64,000 bases of DNA from Paragordius varius (lineage: Eukaryota; Animalia; Nematomorpha). Under the pieces are notes generated by a model, which was not told the DNA's origin, did no database searches, and was given only the letters and a program-made list of their open reading frames with translations. Where the stretch lies: assembly GCA_964247055.1 (NCBI GenBank), contig OZ176050.1, positions 14,756,001 to 14,820,000 of the forward strand, in the 5' to 3' direction. Below are positions 1-11,875 of this stretch, piece after piece; within the stretch, counting starts at the first letter, position 1, and each line of letters opens with the position of its first letter. The translations under genes and the position numbers were made by a program.

Positions 1-18
1 TACTTAAATAATATTTAG

Positions 19-114
19 GATCAGGTTCTGGGATAATTATTCCTACCATTGCAAATCAAAGAGCGTTAGGCAGTGCGAATATAGCCAATATCGAAAAGGA
101 GCTATTAAAAGAAG
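19..114 (+). CDS. Phase 1-1 internal exon of an unknown gene, probably upstream of the A/B exon array
   Basis: tttag|GA...GAAG|gtaatt, 96 nt, open: (G)SGSGIIIPTIANQRALGSANIANIEKELLKE. Same phase as exons A and B. Linkage to them is inferred. Confidence 0.6.
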
Positions 115-513
115 GTAATTATGTTATTTTTTAAATAAATACTTCAAATCTATTTGGGAGTGATTAAATATTTTCTGTTTTGAACTATAAAAATTGGAGC
201 TTGATTATCTTGAACAAGGCCTAAAAATTTTTTTTGAATTTCGTAAATTGCACTAATTGGAAGGACCATTTATAATGCAACGTTCTGACATGATGTATTT
301 TTTCACAGGTTATATTAGATGATTAAGGGAAAAATTATTGACATTTTATGATTATTTAAAAACTTCCCTAAGAAATTCGATTAAATGATAACTTTATTCT
401 ATTTAACCCTAATGTGGTATTTTATATAACTTTCCAAATAATCAACTCAATGGATAAATAATTATGTAATACTTTTTACGATAATATTTATTTTTGATGC
501 AACAAGTCTATAT

Positions 514-868
514 CACTGTGAAAACAGAGAAATAATTTTTTTGACAAAAAAATTTTATAGTTTCATGTAACTTTTGTTTTTTGAATGTGTAAAAATAAAA
601 ACGCCATCACTCGAACTCAATATATAGAAACAGGCTGTTTATATATTAAATATCTCCTAAAATGATAATAAACCATAATATCTCAACATTTATCATTATT
701 TTTTAAATTTTCCATAATTATCCTTAATTTTCACTTTTTGCCCGATTTCGATTTTCATTCAATATTTCTTAGGTCTTAAACAAATAAAAATTTGGAAAAT
801 GAATAGCTGATCATAAGTTATCTCATGAATCAAAAAATATTTTGTTAAAAATCTTTTTGCACACAGTG
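514..868. mobile_element. Possible small TIR element with CACTGTG ends (Transib-like MITE?)
   Basis: CACTGTG at 514 and CACAGTG ending 868, with weakly similar A/T-rich subterminal sequence. No matching 5-bp TSD. Confidence 0.25.
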
Positions 869-1492
869 TTTAAACTTAACAAATTTAATGTTAAAAGATA
901 AAACCCTATTTAACATATACACGATACAGCCAAACCAAAATATAATTATAAATACTAGCTGGCCCTGTCACGCTCTGTGGCGTAGCTAACCGATAATTAT
1001 TTTTAACACTTTGCAATAAATAATGGAGATAAAAGAATAATAAAAAACGTATTTAATAAAAATGTCTTTTATTGTTTATTCGAAATCGACTATATTTAAA
1101 CTTTCCTTTATAAAGTTAATATTCAACCATCATTGGATTTATTTTAAAATTTTCGTTTTCAAAATCATGATTAAAACTTTTATTTTGAAATTGTGTTCAC
1201 ACAGCTGGGATCAAGGGTTATAAAAAGTAAATCAAAGGAAAGAATGATATAATACAAATTCCCCAGAAATGTGTTTAATTGAACTCGTATGGCTTCTTAA
1301 CTTTTTTGAAAATTAGCTCTAAAACGACGCCATTTTTGTGTGGCGTCTCAGTTTTAAACCGGTAGACCCCTACGCATAGACCATATGGAAAAAGCGCTTA
1401 ATTTAATTCTTCGCCTTTATAGAGAAAAATTTGGTATCATATTTAATACCATCATCTCATGGGGTTTTCGAAAAAAACCTTAACACTAAATA

Positions 1493-3051
1493 CAGTAATT
1501 CATAGAAATTAATATTGATAGATTTTTATTTAACATGTGTGGCTTTTTTTACGTTTATAAACAAGTATATAAACAATTTCATGCACATATATATTTAAAT
1601 CTACCAAGTCCCTTTTCGGTATACATATGTGAGAGATATAACAACATGAAAATATGTCCCTTCTCGCTTTATATCGTATTAGGTAACATTGCATATGTGT
1701 TGTGCCTACTTCGATAATTAATTTTTTAAGTTTAATATATTATTTTTTGTTTTTCATGAACATCACCTAAATGTGAAATAAGTAGGTTTTAATATGTAAA
1801 CATCTATGTATCACTTAGATACAACGCATTCATATCACTCCTTCGACTCAAATTGGGGTAGTATACCCCACAATTTTTTAAAAAAATAATGAAACAAACG
1901 GTTTTAATTTAAATTAATGCTTCCATCCTATTAAAAGATATATATATATATATATATATATAGGGTCGTACCGAGGGGGGTAGGGGGGCAAGGGGGTGCA
2001 TCATGCCCCGGGCGCCGTTATTTAGGGGCGCCTAAATGATTTTTAAAAATTAAATTTTAATTATGCAAAAATAATAAGAACTTTCAAATGAGATTTTTCA
2101 GCATTTAGGTAATTATCCCTATAATATATACTCTATTATTCACCTAATTAGTACCATTGAATAAATTTACTATCATGTAAATATATATATTTAATAGATT
2201 TAAAATTTATATGTCCTGAATGGTGTTTAGGTTACAATATTTGTATTTTTTTTACTAAATTTTTTATTGGCTTTTAAAAAAAGGGAGGGGGGGGGGGGGG
2301 CAAAAAAGTTTTACGCCCCGGGCGCCGCAAATGCTCGGTACGCTACTATACATATATATATATATATATAAGAAATATCTAAATAATATTAGTTTTGGTT
2401 AAAAAGTTTCGTATCAAACGACTGGGACCTAATTTTTTTACAACATTTTCGTAAAATATCGTGTTTATTTTCTAAGCCTAAAATTAAGTTTAGTTTTACT
2501 TAAATCTTTAATATTATAAACAGAAAAAGTAGTTTATTTTGCATTATTTTTACATTTAGCTTATGCACACATGCCATGGTGGCTAAATTTTTAGCTTAGG
2601 GTTTTACATCTGATTATTTGAATAAATTTTTATTATATTTCGGTTATATGTTATGTAAGTCCAAACTTTTTCCATGGTTTTAATTTATTCAATATTTTAA
2701 AATATTTAATTTATTTTGAATCGTAGAACTGATATGAACACGTTATGTTTACACATTAAAACTTACTTTTATTTAGGTGATTTTCACGAAAAATAAAAAA
2801 AAATATATATTAAACTTAAAAAATTAATTGTCGAAGTAGGCACAACACATATTCAATATTACCAGTTCTCTAAATAAGATATGTAAAAAGGGACATTATA
2901 TCTCTCATAAATGTGTACTGAAAAGGGACATGTATGTACATTTAATATTTATGTACATGTAATTGTTTATACTTGTAAAACAACTTTCAAACGTAAAAAA
3001 AATGCCACACATATTAAAAAAATTATCAATATTAATTTCTATGAATTACTG
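1493..3051. mobile_element. TA-flanked MITE with ~250-bp imperfect terminal inverted repeats (Tc1/mariner-superfamily type)
   Basis: TA|CAGTAATTCATAGAAATTAATATTGATA ... TATCAATATTAATTTCTATGAATTACTG|TA. 1493-1745 mirrors 2790-3051. Confidence 0.8.
1962..2347. mobile_element. GC-rich-ended MITE inserted in a (TA)n tract
   Basis: TIRs AGGGTCGTACCGAG / CTCGGTACGCTACT, subterminal GCCCCGGGCGCC motifs, (TA)n on both sides. Confidence 0.7.
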
Positions 3052-4286
3052 TAATCGTTATAGGATTGCGTATTTTTAGGCCATAACCCAAATTAACGGC
3101 TAAAAAAATAAGCCTGACCTTTCAAACGCTTATTATTTTTATGGCCTGATAAGTTTTCTAAAATATGCCTCCAAAGTCACGTTGTATCGGTATGGTGGCG
3201 CAGTTGTTGGAGGGTAGACTTTTTAGACACTAATATAAAAAAACGTTCGATAAAAAATTTTGCCTTTATAGGGGAATACCTCATCCTTTATTCCATATAT
3301 TCTAAATAGTTTTTGGAAGAATGGCTTTAAACCTAAATAATTCACGATAGCTCATTTTTCAGGGCGTGAGAGCCTAGTTAACGGCTCCTTTTAAACCGCA
3401 CGACCTAAATTTTTGCCTTGTTACGGGTAATATTTTAAGCACCCATACTCTGATAGGTTTTTTGAAATTTAGCCCCAAAGGCAATCTATTTCGATATGAC
3501 GGGGCAGTTTTTAGTGGGTATCTTACCCAGCAGCCAATATAAAAAAACGCACGACCAAAATGTTTGCCTTTTAACTGGGAATACCTGGAATGTTTATTGA
3601 ATTTTTACGGTATCATACCTTGGGCGAAAAATAGATCCAAAAAATTATTTTTGTGGACTTGATTTTTTTGAAAAAAATGGCATTTTACGGGGACCGGGTA
3701 AAGGGGGCCTAAATTAAAAAAGCGAGCCGATTATGTTCGGCTCAATCGGAAAAAAGTAAAAAAAAATCATATTTGAAATCGAATGGTCCAACACGTTTTC
3801 CGGAATATTGTCTCAAAGACACGATTTTTATGGACTTCTGCAAAAAAAACCGTTTTTTACCCGATGTTGGCCCGAACTGGGGCCCTAATTCAAAGAAAGG
3901 GCGAAGCTATTGTCGGGGCATTCATTAATGATTATATTTTTTCGACATTTGAATTTGAATAGGTCTACCGGTTTTTCGGAAACAGATCACAAAGCCAGCA
4001 TTTTCTAAATTAGATTAGGGCAATAGCGTTAAAAACTTTTACTTTTTAAAGATAAGGTTTCAAGTGAATTACTGAATAATTTTTAAGTTAAAGCGAAAAA
4101 TTGAATTGTACTGTTTGGCATTACGATTTCCTGCATATATTTCTTTTATATAGCGCTAAACTTCCCATTTGTTTTTAATTTCAACAGCTTATATAATATT
4201 CTACTTGATAGAGCCTCCCAAAAAAGCATTCATCACCTTTGTGAATTAAAAATGTTTATTAAAATGTCTGTTTGGCACCCAAAATA

Positions 4287-4735
4287 TATCATTTGCGCTT
4301 CAAGAGTGCCCCTTACTTAATTGGTCCAAGAATTCGAGTTGATGTTTAATTTCAAGTTGGTCCTTAATCACTTTAAGTTTTGTTCTTGTAACTTTTAAGG
4401 TTGGATATAACCATTTTTCCGCATGCATTTTTCTATTTTATTATTTTTTAACGTAATGTTTTTATGTATTATGTATTTTTATCTTTTGAAATTTATATTT
4501 TCTGAAAAACAATTTTGTTTCGAATTTTTCCAATTCAATAATATTTTAAACTTATTAATGTTTTTAACTAAAATAAACAAATATACCAGAAAATAAAATC
4601 TATTTCAGTTATGAGTTTAAACCATTAAAATGCTAATATAACTCTAAAAATTGAATAAAAAAATAATCCGAATGATAAAATGATATTGATGGTTAAATAT
4701 GGTTATTAGGTTAAAAATGATAGGATGAATGCATA
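4287..4735. mobile_element. Diverged, truncated copy of the TACCATTT MITE family
   Basis: TA|TATCATTTGCGCTTCAAG start, 21-bp subrepeats (ttcaagttggtcctt) and the internal taggttaaaaatgataggatgaat motif shared with other copies. Confidence 0.5.
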
Positions 4736-4744
4736 GATGCATTA

Positions 4745-5635
4745 GTCAGATGGCGCCAGGTCAGTAGAGTTCAACGTATTTAAGAATTTCTCAGCGGAGC
4801 TTTATCAAGGTGCACTGGTTTTACTGTGTTTTCATGTAGCATTATCACTTTGCCATGTTTTCAAGCCCATTCCGATCGTTTTTCGATTAATGCATGGTTT
4901 AAATTAATCATGGGTTGACAATAACATTGTATATTAACCGTTTTTCCGGGTTTGAAAAGTTTATAATAACTAATACGCTCTGGTTCTACCAGGCGCAGAG
5001 CATCACCTTCTTGCCGAAGCGATTTGGAGTTGGTGTGGATGGGTCGGCTTGTAAAAGTTGAAAGCCAAGCTTTTTTCCACTGTGGATTTACAAAATGAAG
5101 TCATTTCTAATCACCTGTCACAACTCAATGCATTATTTCTTTGGTGGAGTTGGTGCAATTCAAGTCATTTGATTTAAAATTTAGATTTGGGGGCTATTTG
5201 TCGAGTTTATCGGTCTTTCCCATTGCTCGTAAACGTCTACACATTGTTTTTCAGGACCTATCAAATGATTCGACCGATTGCCGTTGACTTTTTGGGTCAT
5301 TATCCAATAACTCTTTTACTAGCGCCCACTCTCTTTCACAATATCCCACCTTTAAGTTTTAACCATGTTTTACATGTTTATCTATTGCATCACCATAAGT
5401 TTCTCCCAGCAAAAGATGAGACACCCTTTTTGACCAAATAAAGACGTGTATCGCAAACGTCACAAAATTCGACATGATTACTGACTGATAAAAATTACAC
5501 GATACCTTCTGATGAAATTCTATGTGTTTGAATAATGTCAGATAAACAAAATGGCATCTGTACCAACGAATTTTTGGCGCACTTTTCGTTAATCTATTTT
5601 AGTTAAATCGATAATCACTTATGACTAAACCTAGT
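4745..5635 (-). pseudogene. Mariner (DD34D) transposase relic with 5' TIR/UTR
   Basis: - strand motifs: MSNFV (ATG 5475), GETYGDA..KTCKTW, RLRAMGK, VVTGD*K, FGKKVMLCAW*, LIEKRSEWA*KHGKVIMLHEN, STDLAPSD. These match Mos1-type motifs. Multiple stops and frameshifts. Confidence 0.9.
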
Positions 5636-5756
5636 ATATAAAAAGTGCATTTGTATAATGTAAGAATAATTACAATACTCATCAGCTAAGGTTTTATTAA
5701 ATTTTTTATGATGCATTCGATCCCCATCATAGGTCGCAATTATAAAATTTAAAATA

Positions 5757-6255
5757 TACCATTTGCACACAAGGTCCTTGAACACTTCAAGTTGGTTCCT
5801 GACACCATAAGTTCGTCTTTAAGAACTTGTTAATAATAACATTTTAATCTTGTTTATAATTGTAAATCAAACCATGTAAAATTCATCAATCCTATCATTT
5901 TTAACCTATTCGCTTCATATAACTTAAACTTTTAAATAAATATCATTATTATATATATTTAAGAACGGTATATAATAATTATTTTCTTATTTTTTTAAGA
6001 TTGTTAATATAAATAATTTAAAAATATATAAGTTTTGTGGGATATTTATTCCAATTTAGGTTTGTAACATTAATATATTTAAAATATTGTCAAAATGGAG
6101 AAAATAATTATAAAAAATGTATCTTATATGTAAAGTATTAATAAATAAAGACATTAATTTAAAAATCAAAACTATATGAAGTTTTCAAGGACCAATTTAA
6201 AATGTCTTTTAACCAACTTGGAGTGTTAAAGGAAACTTTTAAAATGAAAATCGTG
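5757..6255. mobile_element. TACCATTT MITE copy upstream of exon A1
   Basis: TA|TACCATTTGCAC start. Inverted 21-bp subrepeats at 5770-5830 (-) and 6185-6255 (+). Confidence 0.6.
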
Positions 6256-6344
6256 CAACTATGGATAATATCTTTTATATAAATGTATTTAATTTTCAGT
6301 ACTAAATAAAATTTAATATATATTATTTTAATTGTGTAATATAG

Positions 6345-6464
6345 GATTGGATTCTTGGTCAGGTGAAAGGAATGCATCCGTTGACGAATTATTTGTTAAT
6401 AATACCGATATTCTCAAATCATTGGCTGATAAAGGAATTCCGCTAAATCATACAACATCCAAAG
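6345..6464 (+). CDS. Exon A1 (intact)
   Basis: atatag|GA...AAAG|gtttt, 120 nt: LDSWSGERNASVDELFVNNTDILKSLADKGIPLNHTTSK. Confidence 0.75.
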
Positions 6465-6856
6465 GTTTTTTGTTTACTGTAAGAATTGCATGTTTGGATG
6501 TGTACCATTGAATTAAATAGATAATGTCAAAATTAAATATAATTTGCAACATATTGTTAGAAAAGGCTAAAAAAGTGTATGATTTAATTTGTCTCCGTTA
6601 AAATGTTGCACTTGGATTAAAATGTTTTTGAATATAAAAAATGTGTCATTTGTTTAAAGGATTTTTATGAAAGGGCATTATAGAAACTGTTTTAGATATA
6701 GGCTATGCGAGTAACATTTAGGTTAAAGTTCTACTATTTTTCAGTATTTGCATTTATATGAAATTATATTATACTATAAACATCAAATTATTTTATTATC
6801 ATTTATCAAAATTAATTTTTGGTTTTATGTAAATTTTAACTATTTACATTAATTAG

Positions 6857-6964
6857 AATTCGATTCTGCCTCAAACCAATCTATCGAATCTAACAATACC
6901 AAAAAATCATCTGATATCAATATAGATAAGGCAGTAAATGGAATCGCTAATAAATCATTTCAAG
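6857..6964 (+). CDS. Exon B1 (intact)
   Basis: ttag|AA...CAAG|gtaaaa, 108 nt: FDSASNQSIESNNTKKSSDINIDKAVNGIANKSFQ. Confidence 0.75.
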
Positions 6965-7198
6965 GTAAAAAATAAATTTTAATTTTACATATATATGATG
7001 TAAATTACAGTTTTTAATGCGTTTTCCATTTGCTCTTTTCAAAGTCATTTACCTAATCTTTCGGTAAAATTTTATCAAAAACTCCATTTTTAACTTATAT
7101 TAATCAACGTCCCTTTACTATGAAATCTTTTTGTTTTCTATGGTTCAGAATTTTGTAGAAAAGTCAATTTATTAGTGGAATGCTTTAATGGTTTAAAT

Positions 7199-8700
7199 CA
7201 GTGGTACTCAATAAAAAAATTAGACGGGCCAAATAAAATATATTTTTTTTCGAGGGCCATTAACCTTTTTATGGCAAATATTTTGACATATATGCACATA
7301 TTTATACTCTGAATCAGCACAATGTTTCGCCATGTAAATTCAGGTGAAAACTCGTTTAGCACCATTTAGTATAAAAATTAAGATATTTCGTTATAACTAA
7401 TTTGACAAATTTGGTTTCGCCTCATGACAGGCTCATGTTACCGTCCACATGATCATCGGTTAAGCGATATATATGTATTCATGGCTTACTCCATTTTTGA
7501 ATATGCCGTCTCACACGTGTAAGTTGAGGGAAAAACAGTTAGCATAACTTGAGCACATTTTTTTATATTTTTATATATATTTGACACATCTTGCCAAAAC
7601 TCTACATATCTCTCTTCTCTACGATTCTTCTTGAATATAGCCTCAAAATTGGAATCATTTTTAAAATTTACAAATTTTTCAATCATATGCGCCTGATTAA
7701 AACCGAAATGCTCTAGTTTAATAATGGATATATCCATATGCCACCTATTTTCAAAGAGTTTTAACCAATTTTAAATATTTAATTCTTGAAATCTCATTTA
7801 ATATCCGCCGTAACTTCCATATTCTCTTCATGAAATGTTTTAAGTGTTGGAAAATATAGGAGTTGTTTATTTATAAAATCTTGTTAACAATTTAATTTTT
7901 CTTCAAATAAAAATATTTGATTAGATTGGGTTACTATTTTGCCCCAAAGAATTGTATTGAATATACTAATTTTATAAGTAATGACGCAAAGGTGGCTCAA
8001 AAAACCCTGCATTTGTCATTATAAATTTCCTCGTCAACTTTTTGTTATATTTTAAAAATAATAGAATTTCTTGTCTTAAAACAAAAAATCTGCCAATACT
8101 TTGCTAAGACTTAGTCATCAGCATCACACAGCAGTATACAAAAGTATATTACCAACTCACTGTCTTTCATAAGGTTTGTAATTTTACGGCGGTTGAATTC
8201 TCTGCCAGGATGTGGTTACCAATGTCCACAACCGTTTTAATTAGTGAATTGAGTGATTAACTTTTACACGCGTAACCTTGCTGATGAATAAAGCAGTGAA
8301 AAGATAAATTATTTTGCAAATCATATGTGCTTTTCAAAAGAGAAAGAAATCCTTTGTTTATTCCAATCATAAAGGGACGGCCATCTGTGCAGATTGAAAC
8401 CACCTGTTTATTAGTTCCCATTGCTCGTATACTCAGTGTTTTGTGACATATTATATGATCCGGCCGATTGCCGTTTGATGAAATAAGGAATGGAGCACAT
8501 GTTCGAAATTTTCAAACCCAAAATTTGAGATGATTACTGATTTATATAAATAATACGATATATTTAGGCAAACTCAAATTCTATGTGTTTGTATAATGTC
8601 AGATAAACATAGCGTCTGTATCAACTAATTCATTGCGCACTTTTCGTTACTCGTTTTTTAGTTAAACTGATGATGACTTATAACTAAACCTTGTTTACAT
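7199..8700 (-). mobile_element. hAT (Buster/Charlie-like) 3' remnant fused to mariner 5' fragment, unit 1
   Basis: TIR CAGTGGTACTCAA after GTTTAAAT (NNNTANNN site). hAT dimerisation motif FWQDV..TVFPSTYTCETAYSKM. Mariner-derived sequence from ~8411. Confidence 0.85.
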
Positions 8701-9462
8701 AAAAGTGCATAGGTAAATCACTGAGAAACCGTATATCTTTATTATAATTTTGGATATTTATAAGATTTTAAGACCAATTCAATAATATATAAGTTTTTTG
8801 AGTTATTATTTGCAGTTTTCTAATAATTTTGTTAAATTGGAAAAAAAATTAGTTGGAAATAAAAAGTGGTTTTCGAATAAAAATTTTTATTTTTAAATGA
8901 ATTATATAATAAATAAAGAAAATTGGGTTAAAAAATAATAAAACAAAAAAATAAATGCAAATATTATGATTAATTAAAATAAAATTTTAAGGACCAAATT
9001 AAAATGTTCAATGACCGACTTGAAGTGTGTAAGGGCACTAAGTGCAAATTGCATATCAAAATATCTTAATTTAACTAAATGGTGCAAAACGAGCTTTCTG
9101 CTGAATTTACATAGATCTGAAAAAATTCATTGTGCTATTTAGAGTATAAATTATTATATTTGCCATAATAAAGTTCATAGCCTTCGAAAAATTATTTATT
9201 TGGCCCGTTTAATTTATTTGGTTAGTACGCCTGATTTAAACCATTAAAGCATTTCACTAATAAATTGACTTTTCTACAAAATTCTGAACCAGAGAAAATA
9301 AGAGGATTTCTAGTAAAGGGACGTGGATTAAAATAAGTTAAAAATGGAGCTTTTGAGAAAATATTAACCATATTATTATTAAATGACTCTGATAACAGCA
9401 AAGCATTAAAAACTGTAAAAATTAACATTATAACGCATGTAGAATTAAAATATATTTTTTAC

Positions 9463-9570
9463 CTTGAGATGATCTATTAGCGATTCCATTTACTGCCTTA
9501 TCTATATAGATATCAGATGATTTTTTAGTATTGTTAGATTCGATAGATTTGTTTGAGACAGAATCAAATT
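9463..9570 (-). other. Exon B copy in antisense orientation
   Basis: 108 nt, AG/GT intact on -: FDSVSNKSIESNNTKKSSDIYIDKAVNGIANRSSQ. Confidence 0.8.
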
Positions 9571-9832
9571 CTAATATAAATAGTTAGAATTCACATAATA
9601 CGTAAAATTTAATATAATAAATTGATGTTTTTAGTATAATATAATTTCTTAAATACAACAAAAAAGTAGTAGAACTTTAACCGAAATGTGTACTTCCAAA
9701 GTCTACATCTAAAACTGTTTTCATAATGTCATTTCACAAACACCTTTTAAACAAAAAACATTTTAATCATTATTAAAACCATGTGATGTTCATCAATCCT
9801 AACACTTCTTACCTATTGGCTTTATAAAATAT

Positions 9833-9952
9833 TATTGGATTCTCGGTCAAGTCAAAGGAATGCATCCGTTGACGAATTATTTCTTAATAGCACCGATATT
9901 CTCAAATCATTGGCTGATAAAGGAATTTCCCTAAATCATACAACACCTAAGG
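9833..9952 (+). pseudogene. Exon A copy lacking its acceptor AG
   Basis: aaaatat|TATTGG instead of aaaatag|GATTGG. Frame open: LDSRSSQRNASVDELFLNSTD...HTTPK. Confidence 0.75.
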
Positions 9953-10294
9953 GTTTAGATTGTTTAATATAACAATTGCATGTTTGGATGTGTACCATTG
10001 AATTAAATAGATAATGTCAAAATTAAATATAATTTGCAACATATTGTTAGAAAAGGTTGAAAAAGTGTAAGATTTATGTTGCATTTGGATAACACTTTTT
10101 ACTAAGAATGTGGCATTTGTTTTAAAGGTGTTCATGAAATGGCATTATGGAAACAGTTTTAGATATAGGCTTTGGAAGTAATTTCAATTAAAGTTCTACT
10201 ACTTTTTTGTTGTATTTAAGAAATTATATTATACTAAAAACAATTTATTTCATTAAATTTTACGTTTTATGTAAAATCTAACTATTTATATTAG

Positions 10295-10402
10295 AATTTG
10301 ATTCTGTCTCAAACAAATCTATCGTATCTAACAATACCAAAAAATCATCTGATATCAATATAGATAAGGCAGTAAATGGAATCGCTAATAAATCATCTCA
10401 AG
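10295..10402 (+). CDS. Exon B (intact)
   Basis: 108 nt, AG/GT: FDSVSNKSIVSNNTKKSSDINIDKAVNGIANKSSQ. Confidence 0.7.
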
Positions 10403-10816
10403 GTAAAAAATATATTTTAATTCTACATGCGTTATAATATTAATTTTTACAGTTTTTAATGCTTTGCTGTTATCAGAGTCATTTAATAATAATATGGTTA
10501 ATATTTTCTCAAAAGCTCCATTTTTAACTTATATTAATCCACGTCCCTTTACTAGAAATCCTCTTATTTTTTCTGGGTCAGAATTTTGTAGAAAAGTCAA
10601 TTTATTAGTGAAATGCTTTAATGGTTTAAATCAGGCGTACTAACCAAAAAATTAAACGGGCCAAATATATTTTTCGAGGGCTATGAACTTTATTATGGCA
10701 AATATAATATAAGCACATATTTATACTCTAAATAGCACAATGAATTTTTTCAGATCTATGTAAATTCAGCAGAAAGCTCGTTTTGCACCATTTAGTTAAA
10801 TTAAGATATTTTGATA

Positions 10817-11381
10817 TGCAATTTGCACTTCAATAGTGCCCTTACACACTTCAAGTCGGTCATTGAACATTTTAATTTGGTCCTTAAAATTTTATTTTAA
10901 TTAATCATAATATTTGCATTTATTTTTTTATTTTATTATTTTTTAACATTTTCTTTATTTATTATATAATTCATTTAAAAATAAAAAATTTTATTCGAAA
11001 ACCACTTTTTATTTCCAACTAATTTTTTTTCCAATTTAACAAAATTATTAGAAAACTGCAAATAATAACTCAAAAAACTTATATATTATTGAATTGGTCT
11101 TAAAATCTTATAAATACCCAAAATTATAATAAAGATATACGGTTTGTCAGTGATTAAAAGTTTATATGGATTTAAAATTTTTGTTAAATAATAGAAAATA
11201 GGTTAAAAACTATAAAATAGATGAATGATATACGATTTGATTGATAAAAATTAAAAACTAAACAAAATAGTCAAAGGACCAACTTGAATTGTTCAAGAAA
11301 TTTGAAGTGTTCCAGGACCAACTTGAAATATTCAAGGAACAATTTGAAATGTTCAAGGTCAGTCTTGAAATGCAAATGGTA
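10817..11381. mobile_element. TACCATTT MITE inserted in the hAT subterminal region (defines type II units)
   Basis: TA|TGCAATTTGCACTTCAA ... TTGAAATGCAAATGGTA|TA with 21-bp AAGGACCAACTTGAAATGTTC subrepeats. Absent from type I units. Confidence 0.75.
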
Positions 11382-11875
11382 TAACAACCACATTTTTTAA
11401 CAAATTTGGTTTCACCTCATGACAGGCCATCTTAATACGACGTCTATATTATCATAGGTAAGCGATATGTATGTATTTATGGCATTCTTCATTTTCAAAA
11501 ATGCCGTCTCTAACGTGTAGGTTGAGGGAATAACAGTTAGGAAAACTTGAGTACATTTTTTTATATTTTCATATTTATTTGACACATCTCGAAAAAACAC
11601 TAATCTTTCTTCGCTACGAATCTCCTTGAATATAGCCTCAAAATTAGAATCATTTTTAAAATCTATAAATTATTCCAAGATATGCGCCTGATCAAAACCG
11701 AAATGCTTAAGTTGCTTAAAATTCGATATATCCATATGCCCCACGGATTAGCAACGAGTCTTAAGCAATTTTTAATATTTCTTTATTATTGAAAAATTTC
11801 ATCTGCGGTAATAATCTCTTTATGAATTGTTTTAAGTTGGAAAATATAGGAGTGTTTTAATTATAAAATCTTGTT

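Larger units (their letters stand above)
955..4014 (-). mobile_element. Non-autonomous Helitron-like element with internal tandem repeats and nested MITEs
   Basis: On the - strand it starts TC (4014) and ends in an imperfect hairpin plus ...GGGCCAGCTAG, between A and T. Degenerate ~150-bp repeats at 3238/3392/3541 and ~177-bp repeats at 3703/3879. Confidence 0.5.
8719..11152. repeat. Inverted-repeat structure 1 (arms 8719-9755 and 10116-11152; spacer carries exon A sense)
   Basis: Left arm is the reverse complement of the right arm over ~1.04 kb, including exon B and the hAT end. Confidence 0.92.

Noticed and set aside
309-322. Possible terminal exon (cag|GT TAT ATT AGA TGA)
   Set aside because: Phase-compatible but too short to support from sequence alone. 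If real, it would end the gene before the array; needs RNA data.
5187-5441. 84-aa + strand ORF
   Set aside because: Antisense to the mariner relic.
7199-9233. Complete 2-kb hAT element bounded by CAGTGGTACTCAA and GGTTAGTACGCCTG
   Set aside because: The flanks are GTTTAAAT and ATTTAAAC (inverted, not a direct TSD) and remain mirror images outward. These are two copies of the same element end in an inverted duplication.
9222-10135. Recurrent 68-aa (MLIFTVFN...) and 62-aa (MNTFKTN...) ORFs
   Set aside because: They recur only because the intron sequence is duplicated. They have no recognisable motifs, and starts or frames break in other copies.
11270-11385. Heptad coiled-coil exon (KDQLELF/KDQLEIF/KEQFEMF)
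   Set aside because: The 21-bp period is the subterminal repeat of the TACCATTT MITE. It occurs on both strands and lacks phase-compatible splice sites.
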